Under the pieces are notes generated by a model. The model did not search any database and was not told where the DNA came from. It was given only the letters and a program-made list of their open reading frames with translations. DNA of 64,000 nucleotides, taken from positions 2,852,001 through 2,916,000 of the forward strand of contig CATNEN010000008.1 in NCBI GenBank assembly GCA_950097015.1. The letters run 5' to 3'. A program made the position numbers and the translations under genes. The number at the start of each line of letters is the position of its first letter. The first letter of the stretch is position 1. Below, piece after piece: positions 37,701-48,129 of the stretch. This stretch comes from Macrostomum hystrix (lineage: Eukaryota > Animalia > Platyhelminthes).

Positions 37701-40557
37701 CTGCCAGTCGGAGGGCACAGCTGCAGATGACTCGAGTTGCAGCTCAGATCCGAGGCATTGCAGTGCAGTGAGCACCTCACCGAGAACTGGCTGCTCACAG
37801 GCAACAGTTGGTCTGGCGATGAAGCTGAAATATAGTTTAAGGATATGAAGGCCTTGGACTGTGAGCAGTCAGTTCTATTCTGAAAGTCAGGAGAAGGTGA
37901 TGAAGCTGAAATATTGGTTAGGGATATGAAGGCCTTGGATTGTGAGCAGTCAGTTCTATTCTGAAAGTCAGGAGAAGGTGACGAAGCTGAAATATTGGTT
38001 AGGGATATGAAGGCCTTGGACTGTGAGCAGTCAGTTCTATTCTGAAAGTCAGGAGAAGGTGATGAAGCTGAAATATTGGTTAGGGATATGAAGGCCTTGG
38101 ATTGTGAGCAGTCAGTTCTATTCTGAAAGTCAGGAGAAGGTGACGAAGCTGAAATATTGGTTAGGGATATGAAGGCCTTGGACTGTGAGCAGTCAGTTCT
38201 ATTCTGAAAGTCAGGAGAAGGTGATGAAGCTTACACAGCACGGTGACAAACGATCGAACTTCCGCTGACTGATGCCTGCATCGGTACAAGCCGGAGTGTG
38301 AGGGTCGAGCCCTAGCTATCCTGATTGAGGAGCCTGGAGCAAGGCTGTCGTCAGGAAAGAAGAGCTGCAGAAGCTTCTGGGAGTCGGCAGTGTCATTGAA
38401 GTGCAGCACGCAGTCCAGTCCCAGACTCGACTTCTCGGCAACAACTTGATCCGGAGTCAGAGCTGCAGATGGCCAGTGAGTTTCTATGAGCACTGCACCA
38501 CAGGTAAAATGCATTGTAAATAGAGTTCACTCACTGAGCACACTGACACGGCTCACAGCGACTGCTGAGTCCAGTCTGCACTCATAGCTCCCTGACTGGG
38601 CTGCAGCCACGGCATCGATCCGGAGCGTGGCGTCATCGATGCAGCTGTTGCTAGGAGAGCACAGCCGCGGTCGCCCGAGTTGACCAAAGTCAGCACAATG
38701 AGTTGCATTACCGCAGTGCAGAGAGCAGCTCAGACTGATACTGGAGTTCTCAGCGACCACTTGATGGGGAGTGGAAGCTGGAGAGGAGGGGCTCGAGAAT
38801 GTAAATGCTATCCATAATCTCAAAACAGCACTTTAAAGAGTACTCATCTGAGAATGTGAGCACTCACACAGAACGGTGACGGCAGTCGGTATCGCCAAAG
38901 GACCAGCCCTGCAAGTGTAGACTCCTGAGTCCCCAGGCTGAGCTTGAGCAACTTCCAGCCGGTTCTCAGAGATGCAGCTGCCGTTCGGAGGGCAGAGCCG
39001 CAGGTCGCTTGAGCTCGTGCTCAGCTGCTGCGAGCCGGTGCAGCGCCTTGAGCAGCTCACTGTGAAGCTGGAGTTCTCAGCCACCAGCTCAGGACTCTCC
39101 GCCCCTGGAAGGCGGATGGCGTAATTGAATGAACTCATGCAATGCCAGTTCCCTGCTACATCTCCAAAAACTGCCAAATGAACTCATGCAATGCCAGTTC
39201 CCTGCTACATCTCCAAAACCTGCCGAATGAACTCATGCAATGCCAGTTCCCTGCTGCATCTCCAAAAACTTCCAAATGAACTCATGCAATGCCAGTTCCC
39301 TGCTGCATCTCCAAAAACTGCCGAATGAACTCATGCAATGCCAGTTCCCTGCTGCATCTCCAAAAACTGCCGAATGAACTCATGCAATGCCAGTTCCCTG
39401 CTGCATCTCCAAAAACTGCCGAATGAACTCATGCAATGCCAGTTCCCTGCTGCATCTCCAAAAACTGCCGAATGAACTCATGCAATGCCAGTACAAAAGC
39501 TGGTTACTCAAGGACAGAGTCTGAAGGCCGAGGTCTGCGAAGCTCATGTAGCCGTCGTCTTCCGATGCATTTCTTCTGAGCAGCAAATGCCAAACCAGAA
39601 ATGCGGACTCCTCAGTGCCCTGAAACGGAGTGAAGGCCATCATTCTTGGTCTGCATGACATTGCTGATTTCAGCATTTCCCCACCTGACTGGCGCAGTCC
39701 ACGGTGAAAATTTCACCGGCTGAGATGGCTCCCTCCTTCTGAGTCTTGCCGCATCGCGTCCAGTCACTCAGGGAGTTGTGAAACTCAGCGCTGATGCTTG
39801 TGGAGCTGCAGCGGTCACCGAAGAAGATTTGACTGCTGCGGTTCGACACGAACACTTCAATGTCTTTGGCTCTGGCATAGGTACAGTTTTTGTCATCTGC
39901 AATTGAGAAGCCAGACCTGCTCAATCGTCTCAAAGTGGCATTCTTAGTGTTTTGAGACTAGATCTCTGAGCTGAAAAGAGAATGTGACTCACCCTCTCTG
40001 CCCTTCACAGTTACCGATCTGACAAGCACTGGCTTTCGAAGCTTCACAGCGAACCAGTGAAACCCGCTGCGTGATTGGCTTTTGCCATCACTGTGGAAAA
40101 AGTTATAACTTTTTGTTTTATCATTCAACTCCTCTGATTCCAAAGACTCGCTTTTGTTGTGGAAGCACGAGTTCAGGAAGCTGGAGGACTGCCATGCGCT
40201 GGTAGTGTGCTTCTTCCTAACTCGAAAGTCGCCTAAAATTTATTATTTGTGAATGGCTGAGATTTGGTTAAGGATACGGAGGCCTTGGATTGTGAGCAGT
40301 CAGTTCTATTCTGAAAGTCAGGAGAAGGTGACGAAGCTGGAGGCTGGATGACTGCCATGCACTGGTAGTGTACTTCTTCCTAACTCGAAAGTCGCCTAAA
40401 GTTTATCAAGCAGGCCACGATTGGTAAATGGCTGAGATTTGTAGCTAGAGTGAGCTTGGAGTACTGAGAATCCCACTCTGAGAATAGACTCACAGTCTGC
40501 AGCGGCTCTGGCACACACAGATCCCAGCAGAAGGAGAATCAATGACGCTGTCGCCAT
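31638..40557 (-). CDS. Receptor gene A: SP-[F-type-lectin-like + 4 Ig]x2 + 2 split Ig-like stalk domains + TM + Tyr tail (about 1341 aa, 21 exons)
   Basis: Exons: 40557-40494 (SP MATASLILLLLGSVCARAAAD). Lectin 1: 40232-39993, 39896-39685, 39619-39508. Ig: 39104-38868, 38777-38535, 38462-38235, 37824-37591. Lectin 2: 37470-37234, 36809-36592, 36520-36424. Ig: 34993-34754, 34628-34395, 34081-33857, 33777-33535. Stalk: 33049-32886, 32800-32623, 32508-32342. Stalk+TM: 32271-32011. Tail: 31908-31855, 31775-31638. All introns are GT-AG with matching phases. The total is 4026 nt with no internal stop. Confidence 0.85.
33150..33390 (-). mobile_element. Probable second tRNA-derived SINE in the gene A intron between Ig8 and the stalk
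   Basis: Minus-strand head GCAGTTAGAGCGTCGGACTCCTGGCCAAGAGGTCCGAAGTTCGAATC is tRNA-like with a B box GTTCGAATC. The body extent is approximate. Confidence 0.5.
35130..36375. repeat. 34-bp minisatellite TATCAAAGCTAACTCAATCCAATTGCATAGACAC (gene A intron)
   Basis: Highly homogeneous units. Confidence 0.95.
37821..38230. repeat. 81-bp x5 tandem repeat spanning the 3' splice site of gene A Ig4
   Basis: Units start at 37821, 37902, 37983, 38064 and 38145. Each contains atatttcag|CTTC on the minus strand. Confidence 0.9.
39127..39490. repeat. 49-bp minisatellite (gene A intron between lectin 1 and Ig1)
   Basis: GAATGAACTCATGCAATGCCAGTTCCCTGCTGCATCTCCAAAAACTGCC, about 7.5 copies. Confidence 0.95.
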
Positions 40558-41684
40558 GGATTCAGAAGATTGATTTCAGCAAAATTCTGCGCCTCGTTGT
40601 CAGGAAGAAGTAGCTGACTCTCAGTATCTAAATTTTGACTCTAATCTAAATACTAAATCACAAGTCTGCGTTGTGTTAACAATTATTGTGAGAGCCGCTT
40701 GCAGCACTGACGCCTTCACCGATTTGGCCCTGAAAATGGTGCTAATTATTGATATTTATAAGCTTTTGCATTTCCTTTATGACAAAGCGTTTGCTTGATA
40801 TCTGTTTACTTAACTTATTGAATATTCTAATTAAAATCTATTTTGAAATCGAATGTTTGCATATGAAACCTCTAAGGCATGCAACAAACTGTTCACAATG
40901 ACAGGCTCTGGACCAAAAGTAAGGCTAAATTCTCTAATTTCCTTGAAAAATATCCTGGTGCTAACCCTGCCGGATCTGACTTGCCACGGTGCAGTCTGGC
41001 AGGCGAATAAACCTGCTCGCTGCCAAAAGTTCAGACACCTCATTGGTCTGGTGCGTGGAAGGCGACCTCACACGGCGCAAAGGATTTCACTGGGTCGAGA
41101 CCGTCCTGCTGTACAAGCTGACGAGAGCATCGGGCATGAGGCCCTGTACGAGAGGGGCCAGCTTCAACGCCCGTCCATCATCTTGCGCTCGAGGCGGCAT
41201 CAGCTGACAGTTAACAAGGTGGACAGCCATCAGACGCCGCCTCCATCTGGCATTGCGGCTCGCGTTGTTTAAGTTTAAAGATTAGGTAACGAATTCTGAA
41301 CACGGACAAATAACGAGGCCTTCTAATGCAATGCTGCGATTACATCCAAGTTGAATACCTGTACTTTCTACTTATGTGTAGGATTATAAATTATAAAAAA
41401 ATACCGTTTTCGTGTCAAATAACAGGTCCATCTGACTAGCAATCGCCTTACATTTTCGGCTATACTGAATAGACGAAACATTTTTCTTTAAATCCAACTA
41501 AAAATAACATTGCCAATACCCTCTTTACATTTCAGAAAGTTACTAATTTAAGACATGATAATTAGTAAGCCATTTTTGCCGCCCGTTTTTATACCAATGG
41601 GGAATTCCCCCCTCACAGATTTTTTTGGCAGCGCCTGATGCGATAACTGACGAGGAATTGCAGTAATAAAACCCGTGCTGCTTA

Positions 41685-42080
41685 AGCTATTCAACGCAAT
41701 ACTTAGACTCGGTTATACACCTAAGCCGTGGTCTGTCGCTTTAGTAACCCCGATTTACAAAAGAGGACCCAGAAACGACCCATCAGTGTGCTACCTGCGA
41801 TAGCACGTTTGTTCGCATCAATCTACGGTAAACTCGATGACCATATTAGAAGGTTTAAATTATTGTCTTTTAACCAAATCAGAAGCAAAAAAATCATAGA
41901 ACTTCGGACCACATTGCCACCCTGATCACAATAAAATTAATGAAGAAATCAACAACCTACTCTATTGTGATGACCGACTTATTTCGGTGAAGATCTAACG
42001 GAACTACAAAAGGGACTTGACAAAGTAGCAAATTTTGCTTAGAAAATGCCTCAGAGGTCTGGGCGCCTTTGTTTCCTGGA
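41685..42080 (+). mobile_element. Heavily deleted non-LTR retrotransposon RT remnant
   Basis: Fragments read LFNAILRLGYTPKPWSVALVTPIYKRG, PISVLPAIARLF, NNLLYCDD, LQKGLDKVANF and LENASEVWAP, in collinear order. Confidence 0.75.
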
Positions 42081-43059
42081 ACTTGGGACCCTGGGATCGA
42101 TAAAAACGAAATACTAAATAATAATACTACAATTCAGTCAAAATACTGAAAGCAATGGGACCCGATCAGAAACTGCAGGTAGACTGCCTCTATTGCATGA
42201 TATACAGAAAAGAAGCTTCCAGTTCTGGCCATCCCTATCTCATCGCCCAGACTCCATTATATCTAAGCTTATTCGGGACCCGGAATACAGCGAAATAGGC
42301 ATTGCAACAAAAATGAGTAGTGTTGTACTGCGAAACTGTTCTCTGAGCTCAAAGACAAAGTCTGTTAAAATTCACTGGGAAAACTTTCAATGCGATTTCC
42401 TGGGACACTGGAGACAGAGGGTGCGAAATTCTGCACAGCTCAGCCATTTCTACTGCAGTCTCAATAGAGATTTCTGCCGTGAAAAATATCAATTATGTTC
42501 AGTTCAAGCTTCAGCAATAGCTTATCTTGCATTCTACACTGTGCGATGGTCTCCATTGCATAAACAAACCCTGTCGGATGCACGCGCACTGCAGCCTGGT
42601 CGCACACAGGTGTTGCTATTAATTGACCACAGTTGCCGGGTTTAGGTATCTCAGCGGACTGACGAGACGTCCAAACTCGACACACCAGATGCACCGGAAG
42701 TCCATCTACTAAGCCCCGAGTCACACAGAACGCAGGACAATCATCGAAATATTAAGGATGCTAGAGTTGCATGTAAACAATGGGGCCAGAAGAAAGTAGA
42801 AGATTTTCTAACCTTCCAGTGCTGGAATAGCGATCAAATTAACATTTTTCAAGGTTTCCAAGGAGTTTGAATAGCATGGTTACCCCTTTCTCAGGCAGTG
42901 TACTGATCGCGCGGCTTTGGGGTTTTGCATTCGAGGGCGAATATTGCAAGACAACCCCTGAGCCATCTGCCCACGGTTTCGCCACAAAAGAATTGGGCAT
43001 CGCCGCGGATTCGAGCCCAGGAACCTCGAACACCTGATGACTTCAGTCATCACAGATTT

Positions 43060-43195
43060 TTGTCCGCCGCCTCAGCCGCATTTTCTCCGCATCGACTCAC
43101 CGGGAAGTGGCCAGCCAGAGTTGTCTAGCTTGACTTTGCCGTCTGAGCACAAGGGCTTCTCAAGCTTCTCAAACTCATCATGAAAACTTGCTCAC
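43060..43195 (-). pseudogene. Orphan remnant of an A-type cytoplasmic-tail region
   Basis: Aligns to 31738-31875 (for example TTTCTCCGCATCG(A/G)CTCACC and GGCTTCTCAAA...AACTTGCTCA). The acceptor AG is replaced by CG. Confidence 0.65.
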
Positions 43196-43197
43196 TA

Positions 43198-43310
43198 AGT
43201 TTCGGGTTTCGTGGAGTTTCGGGTTTCGTGGAGTTTCGGGTTTCGTGGAGTTTCGGGTTTCGCGGAGTTTCGGGTATTGTGGAGTATCAGGTTTTGTGAA
43301 GTTTCGGGTT
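43198..43310. repeat. 17-bp repeat GGAGTTTCGGGTTTCGT, about 6 copies
   Basis: Read directly. Confidence 0.9.
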
Positions 43311-44142
43311 TCCTGGAGATAGCGGTAGAGTGAAGCCAATATGGCTAAGGTGGTTCATTACTAAACAATCATTAAAAGCTTATGCCACAACTGTCCAGAT
43401 ACTTGTGTTACAAATCAAACAATGTTTTCTATTGTATTACACAATATATTTTTCTACAGTATCCACAAGCAGCGAAATAAGGGACAATTGCATGATGAGT
43501 TTCATACACAGAAAACTGGAATAGATCCAGAATAAAAGTGTTAAAAAGACGAGCGAGTAAATATTATTTTTAAATAATTGCCCACAAGGTAAGACCAGCA
43601 ATGTGGCCTGCCTTCTCCTTGAGTAATAAATATTTTCAAAACTTTTCTGTCGTCAGTACTTGAATGAACACTTCGTACATAAAAACTATAAATAGCTTGC
43701 AAATTTAAGCTTGTGATGCGGATTGAGAGAGCATAAAAATGGTAGCGACCCTGATAGCCGTTGACGTGTTATAAAAAGTTTCAGTCATGTTAACTCGCAA
43801 TTACTTCCCTATTTGGGGGAGGACAGGAGAAATTCGGGATCTAACTAATTAATCAGGTGTTTGGGAAGGCAGCAGACAACCAAGGTCTCGCATAATGAGC
43901 GAATAATTCAATAAGGGCTGTGCCTTAATACATTTTAAAGGTATGCCCAAATATCTGTCATCAGTATGCCTTGGTGTCGTTGATAATCGATAGAAATATT
44001 GCAGTATAATAGTAATAATAATAATAATAGTCATAAAGTAACAGTAATATAAAAATATAGTAAGATAATATGTTAACAATAAACATTTAACAAATACTGC
44101 ACTGCACAGTCTCAAACCCATCTCTGGCTGATCACGAAACTC

Positions 44143-44283
44143 TCAGTCGCCCACAGCAACAATCTCAATGTACTCGGTGCAGCAGTCGCTGTCTGTGTCC
44201 TGCCCCCCCGCAGCAGCAGCAGCAGCAGTCGCTGGTTTGCACACAGTCAAGTAGCAGCACTCGGACTCGAAGCCGCTGGTTGT
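44143..44283 (-). CDS. Gene B last exon: TTSGFESECCYLTVCKPATAAAAAAGGQDTDSDCCTEYIEIVAVGD*
   Basis: Acceptor ctctgatttcag|ACA, phase 0. Contains YLTV (YxxV) and TEYIEI (TxYxxI). Confidence 0.8.
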   Translation of the reverse strand, partial: TTSGFESECCYLTVCKPATAAAAAAGGQDTDSDCCTEYIEIVAVGD

Positions 44284-47200
44284 CTGAAATCAGAGCAGCC
44301 TTGAGCACTCATTCAGTTTCGGAGAAAAACTAAAAAAACTGCTGACAAGTGACCATTAAAAGTGAGATTTATGAATAAGCAACGTGGCATTTTTCTTGGA
44401 CAGGACAGTCCCTGTTTGTTCGCTGAAGTCTAAGTGACTCATTGACTCACCTCATTGGCTGGACGAAACACATCAGGTGACACTTTAGATTTGTCCTGAA
44501 TGCCTGAGCTCAGCCTGAGCCCGGCTGCTGAAGGCTCAGTTGACGGCACTCGGAGCTGCAATGGAAAGGTTCAGAGCCGTCAGCTGCGGAAGGGCACGAT
44601 CGCCACATTTTCCTGCACTGACCTTCGAGATGAGCAGACAGCATGCAGCGCCGACTAGCACAACAACGAAAACGATGGTGGCTGAGACAGCAATCGTGAA
44701 AGTCGTGAGCCCAGCCCCAGGGCAGTCGAGTCGAGCCGTCGCGTAAACAGGTGAGCCGAAAGTCATGTTCTCAGGGAGGTTCTGTACCGCACTGCAGTTG
44801 ACAAAGACTTCGCTCCTGCTCATGTCATGCTCGACATCGCTGTCGAGCGTCCACGTGCTAAGGAGGCCCATGTTGACTGACACCTGCAGTTTCATTTGGT
44901 CCAGTGTGTTGCGTTGCGAGTGTTGTGTTACAGTGTGTTTCAAGAATCATACGGAATGCAACTCACCTGTGAAAGCAGAGAGACTTTTTTTCCCTTGAGT
45001 TCGGCAGCTTGAAAGTTGCACGTGTGCTCAGGCAGTGGGTGAGAAGCCGATGATCTGAACTGTACAGTTATTCTTGCCATGCTTTTGCAGCTTTCCAGGA
45101 ATTTTATCGAGAGACTCGATGGCGGGTCTGGAGGGAATTTGAGGTGCTGTCACAAATTGCGGCTGAAATATTTGTCATGAGTAAATATGAAAAAAATTCT
45201 AGATGCTCACTCACAGAACACGGTGACTGAGGTCTGCCTGCTGACAGAGCCAAGGCTGCAAGAGTAATTTCCTGAGTGCTCAGGGAGTGCTCGAGCCACT
45301 ACTATATTGTGTTCTGCAATGCAGGTACCGTTAGGAAGGTAGAGCTGGAGCCCGCTAGAGTTTGAGCACAGCTGTGAGCTGTTGCAGTGCAGCTCGCATC
45401 TCACTGCGAAACTCGAGTTGACGGCCACCACCTGATCCGCGGAGGCCGCTGAAAGAATATTTTGACCAGCTTGCATGATAATCAGATAAACTAATAGCGA
45501 TCGAATGCATTTTATGTGACTGAAGTCTCTGTGACGAGTAAATGGTACGGATGCACTCAGAGGCAGTGGAATCTAGTATATATGTGGAGTGAGTTTATCA
45601 ACGAGTCATGAATTCCATGAGTCATAGTTGATGGTCAAATTGGCCATTGGTGTTTCAATTGACTTGGGGTTTTGCCACCATGCCGTGGGCATTGTGTCAG
45701 TTAAGGTTTTGTGCTGGGGGCATTGTGTCAGCTGAGGTTTTGTGCTGTGGAAATTGTGTCAGCTGAGGTTTTGTGCTGTGGAAATTGTGTCAGTTGATGT
45801 TTTGTGCTGTGGACATTGTGTCAGCTGAGGTTTTGTGCTGTGGAAATTGTGTCAGTTGATGTTTTGTGCTGTGGACATTGTGTCAGCTGAGGTTTTGTGC
45901 TGTGGAAATTGTGTCAGTTGATGTTTTGTGCTGTGGACATTGTGTCAGCTGAGGTTTTGTGCTGTGGACATTGTGTCAGTTGAGGTTTTGTGATGTGGAC
46001 ATTGTGTCAGCTGAGGTTTTGTGCTGTGGGCATTGTGTCAGCTGAGGTTTTGTGCTGTGGACATTGTGTCAGCTGAGGTTTTGTGCTGTGGACATTGTGT
46101 CAGCTGAGGTTTTGTGCTGTGGACATTGTGTCAGTTGATGTTTTGTGCTGTGGACATTGTGTCAGCTGAGGTTTTGTGCTGTGGACATTGTGTCAGCTGA
46201 GATTTTGTGCTGTGGACATTGTGTCAGTTGATGTTTTGTGCTGTGGACATTGTGTCAGCTGAGGTTTTGTGCTGTGGACATTGTGTCAGTTGGGGTTTTG
46301 TGGTGTGTGCTTTTTACTTTTGACCTTTTTCAACTTATATTGTAGTTCAATAAACAATATTTTTTGGTGTTATTACACCATTGACACCTTTGCTTGTGTC
46401 ATTAATTATGTTTCTTTCTCTTATAATTTATTATTGTTTTTGCATTCAGCTTTCGACCTTCGTCATTGGATGAATTTTCCCCTGACCAGTTTCTGCTTTT
46501 TGGTTTTCATTGTTTCACTAATTGGTCCAAGCGACAAATTGAAGCGCAAAATGTCCCGCTTTCGGGCCCTTATTATTCTTTAAAAGTTACGAGCATAAAA
46601 AAAGTAGAAAATCTGCTCACAGAGCACGGTGACTGAGGTCTGCTTGCTGACAGAACCAAGGCTGCAAGAGTACTTTCCAGAGTGATCAGGCAGAGCTTGA
46701 GCCACTGCTGTCTTGTGTTCTGCAATGCAGGTACCGTTCGGAAGGCAGAGCTGGAGTCCGCTAGAGTTTGAGCACAGCTGTGAGCGGTTGCAGTGCAGCT
46801 CGCAGCTCACAGTGAAATTCGAGTTGATGGCCACCACCTGATCCACGGAGGCCGCTGAAAAATATAAGTTACCATTGAAATTTCGAACTCAAATTGTGCA
46901 CTTACTGTTTGAGAAATTACTTTAACATTAAACTCACTCAGCACACTGACACTGGATGTGTTCGCGACCGAGCCGAATCTGCACCTGTAGTCACCTGAGT
47001 GCTCAGGCTGAGCACTGCCAATGTGCAGCTCATGGCCGTTTATGCAGCTGTCGTTGGGAGAGCACAGCTGCAGCTCGCTTGAGCTCGAGTTGAGCTCTGC
47101 TCCATCGCAGTCCAGCAAGCAGCTCACGCTGAACTTTGAGCTCTGAGGCACCAGCTGAGGTGCTGAGGACTCTGGAGATTTACAAATCATCCAATCGACA

Positions 47201-48129
47201 TTGCTAAATCATCGAAATTTAAGAATTTCCCTTCCACAACAATGTGTCCATAGTAAAAGACCCGAACTCACTCAGCTGCACAGTCTGAAGCCTGAGATCT
47301 GCGAAGCTCATGAAGTCGGTAGGATAAGATGACACAGTGATGTTCCTTCGCAGCAGCAAGTGTCTCACCTGGAGTTCAGATGAGATCTCAGTGGGATCCA
47401 GAACTCAACAGAGCACAACTCAAGGCACAGAGCAGGTCTCACCTCCGCTGAGCAGTTCACGGTGAAGTTCTCACCAGCCTCGATACGCGCCTGCTTGCTC
47501 ACCGTCAGGCCGCACAGTCTCCAGAGCTGCTGAGACTTGTTAAACTGGCTGCTCATGTTTCTTGAGCTGCAGTGATCACCTGAGAACAGCTGACTGCTGC
47601 TGCTCGATGTCCAGATCTCGATGTCTCTGGCTCTCGCGTAGACATCTGTAGCGCTATCTAAAAGTGAGAACTTCACGACTAAGCAGTGGAAGCTGAAGTG
47701 CATGGAAAAAATTGAGCAGTGACTCACCCTCTCTGCCCTTCACAGTGACCGATCTGATGAGCACTGACTCATTCAGCTGCACTGCGAACCAATGAAATTC
47801 TCCGTCTGCATGGTCTTTGTTTTTGCTGTGGAAGAACCTGTAGCTGTAAGGTTTGTCCTTTACAACGTTTTCCTCATCAGTGTAGTTTCTGTTGCTGAAG
47901 CAAGTCGGTCCGTCATCGAAGGACGACTGCCAGGAGCTGAGCACTCGGCTCCTGCGAATCAGGAACTCACCTGCAGTGTGTGAAAATGGAGTGCTGTAAT
48001 GCCTTCAAACATTTTTTAGTTGAAACTGAAAACAAAACTAAAACACTCACAGTCACCCATGACGCCAGTCATTGCTGAGAAGAGCAGCAACAGCAGCAGC
48101 AGCAGTCGTATGAGCAAAGCAGATACCAT
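44143..48129 (-). CDS. Receptor gene B: SP + F-type-lectin-like + 3 Ig + split Ig-like stalk + TM + ITIM-like/ITSM tail (about 667 aa, 11 exons)
   Basis: Exons: 48129-48051 (SP MVSALLIRLLLLLLLLFSAMTGVMGD). Lectin: 47970-47728, 47657-47443, 47368-47272. Ig: 47171-46938, 46854-46621, 45448-45215. Stalk: 45127-44967. Stalk+TM: 44883-44623 (TM LTTFTIAVSATIVFVVVLVGAACCLLI). Tail: 44555-44451, 44283-44143. The total is 2004 nt with matching phases and no internal stop. Confidence 0.87.
45708..46290. repeat. 31-bp minisatellite TTGTGTCAGCTGAGGTTTTGTGCTGTGGACA (gene B intron between Ig2 and Ig3)
   Basis: Read directly. Confidence 0.95.

Noticed and set aside
40989-41207. Plus-strand KGFHWV resembling the lectin GFHWF motif
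   Set aside because: It is on the wrong strand, is an isolated match, and the flanks show no lectin similarity.
42461-43033. Minus-strand ORFs (GLPVHLVCRVW...) as an extra Ig exon or gene
   Set aside because: There is no second Ig Cys motif, no family consensus and no clear splice sites.
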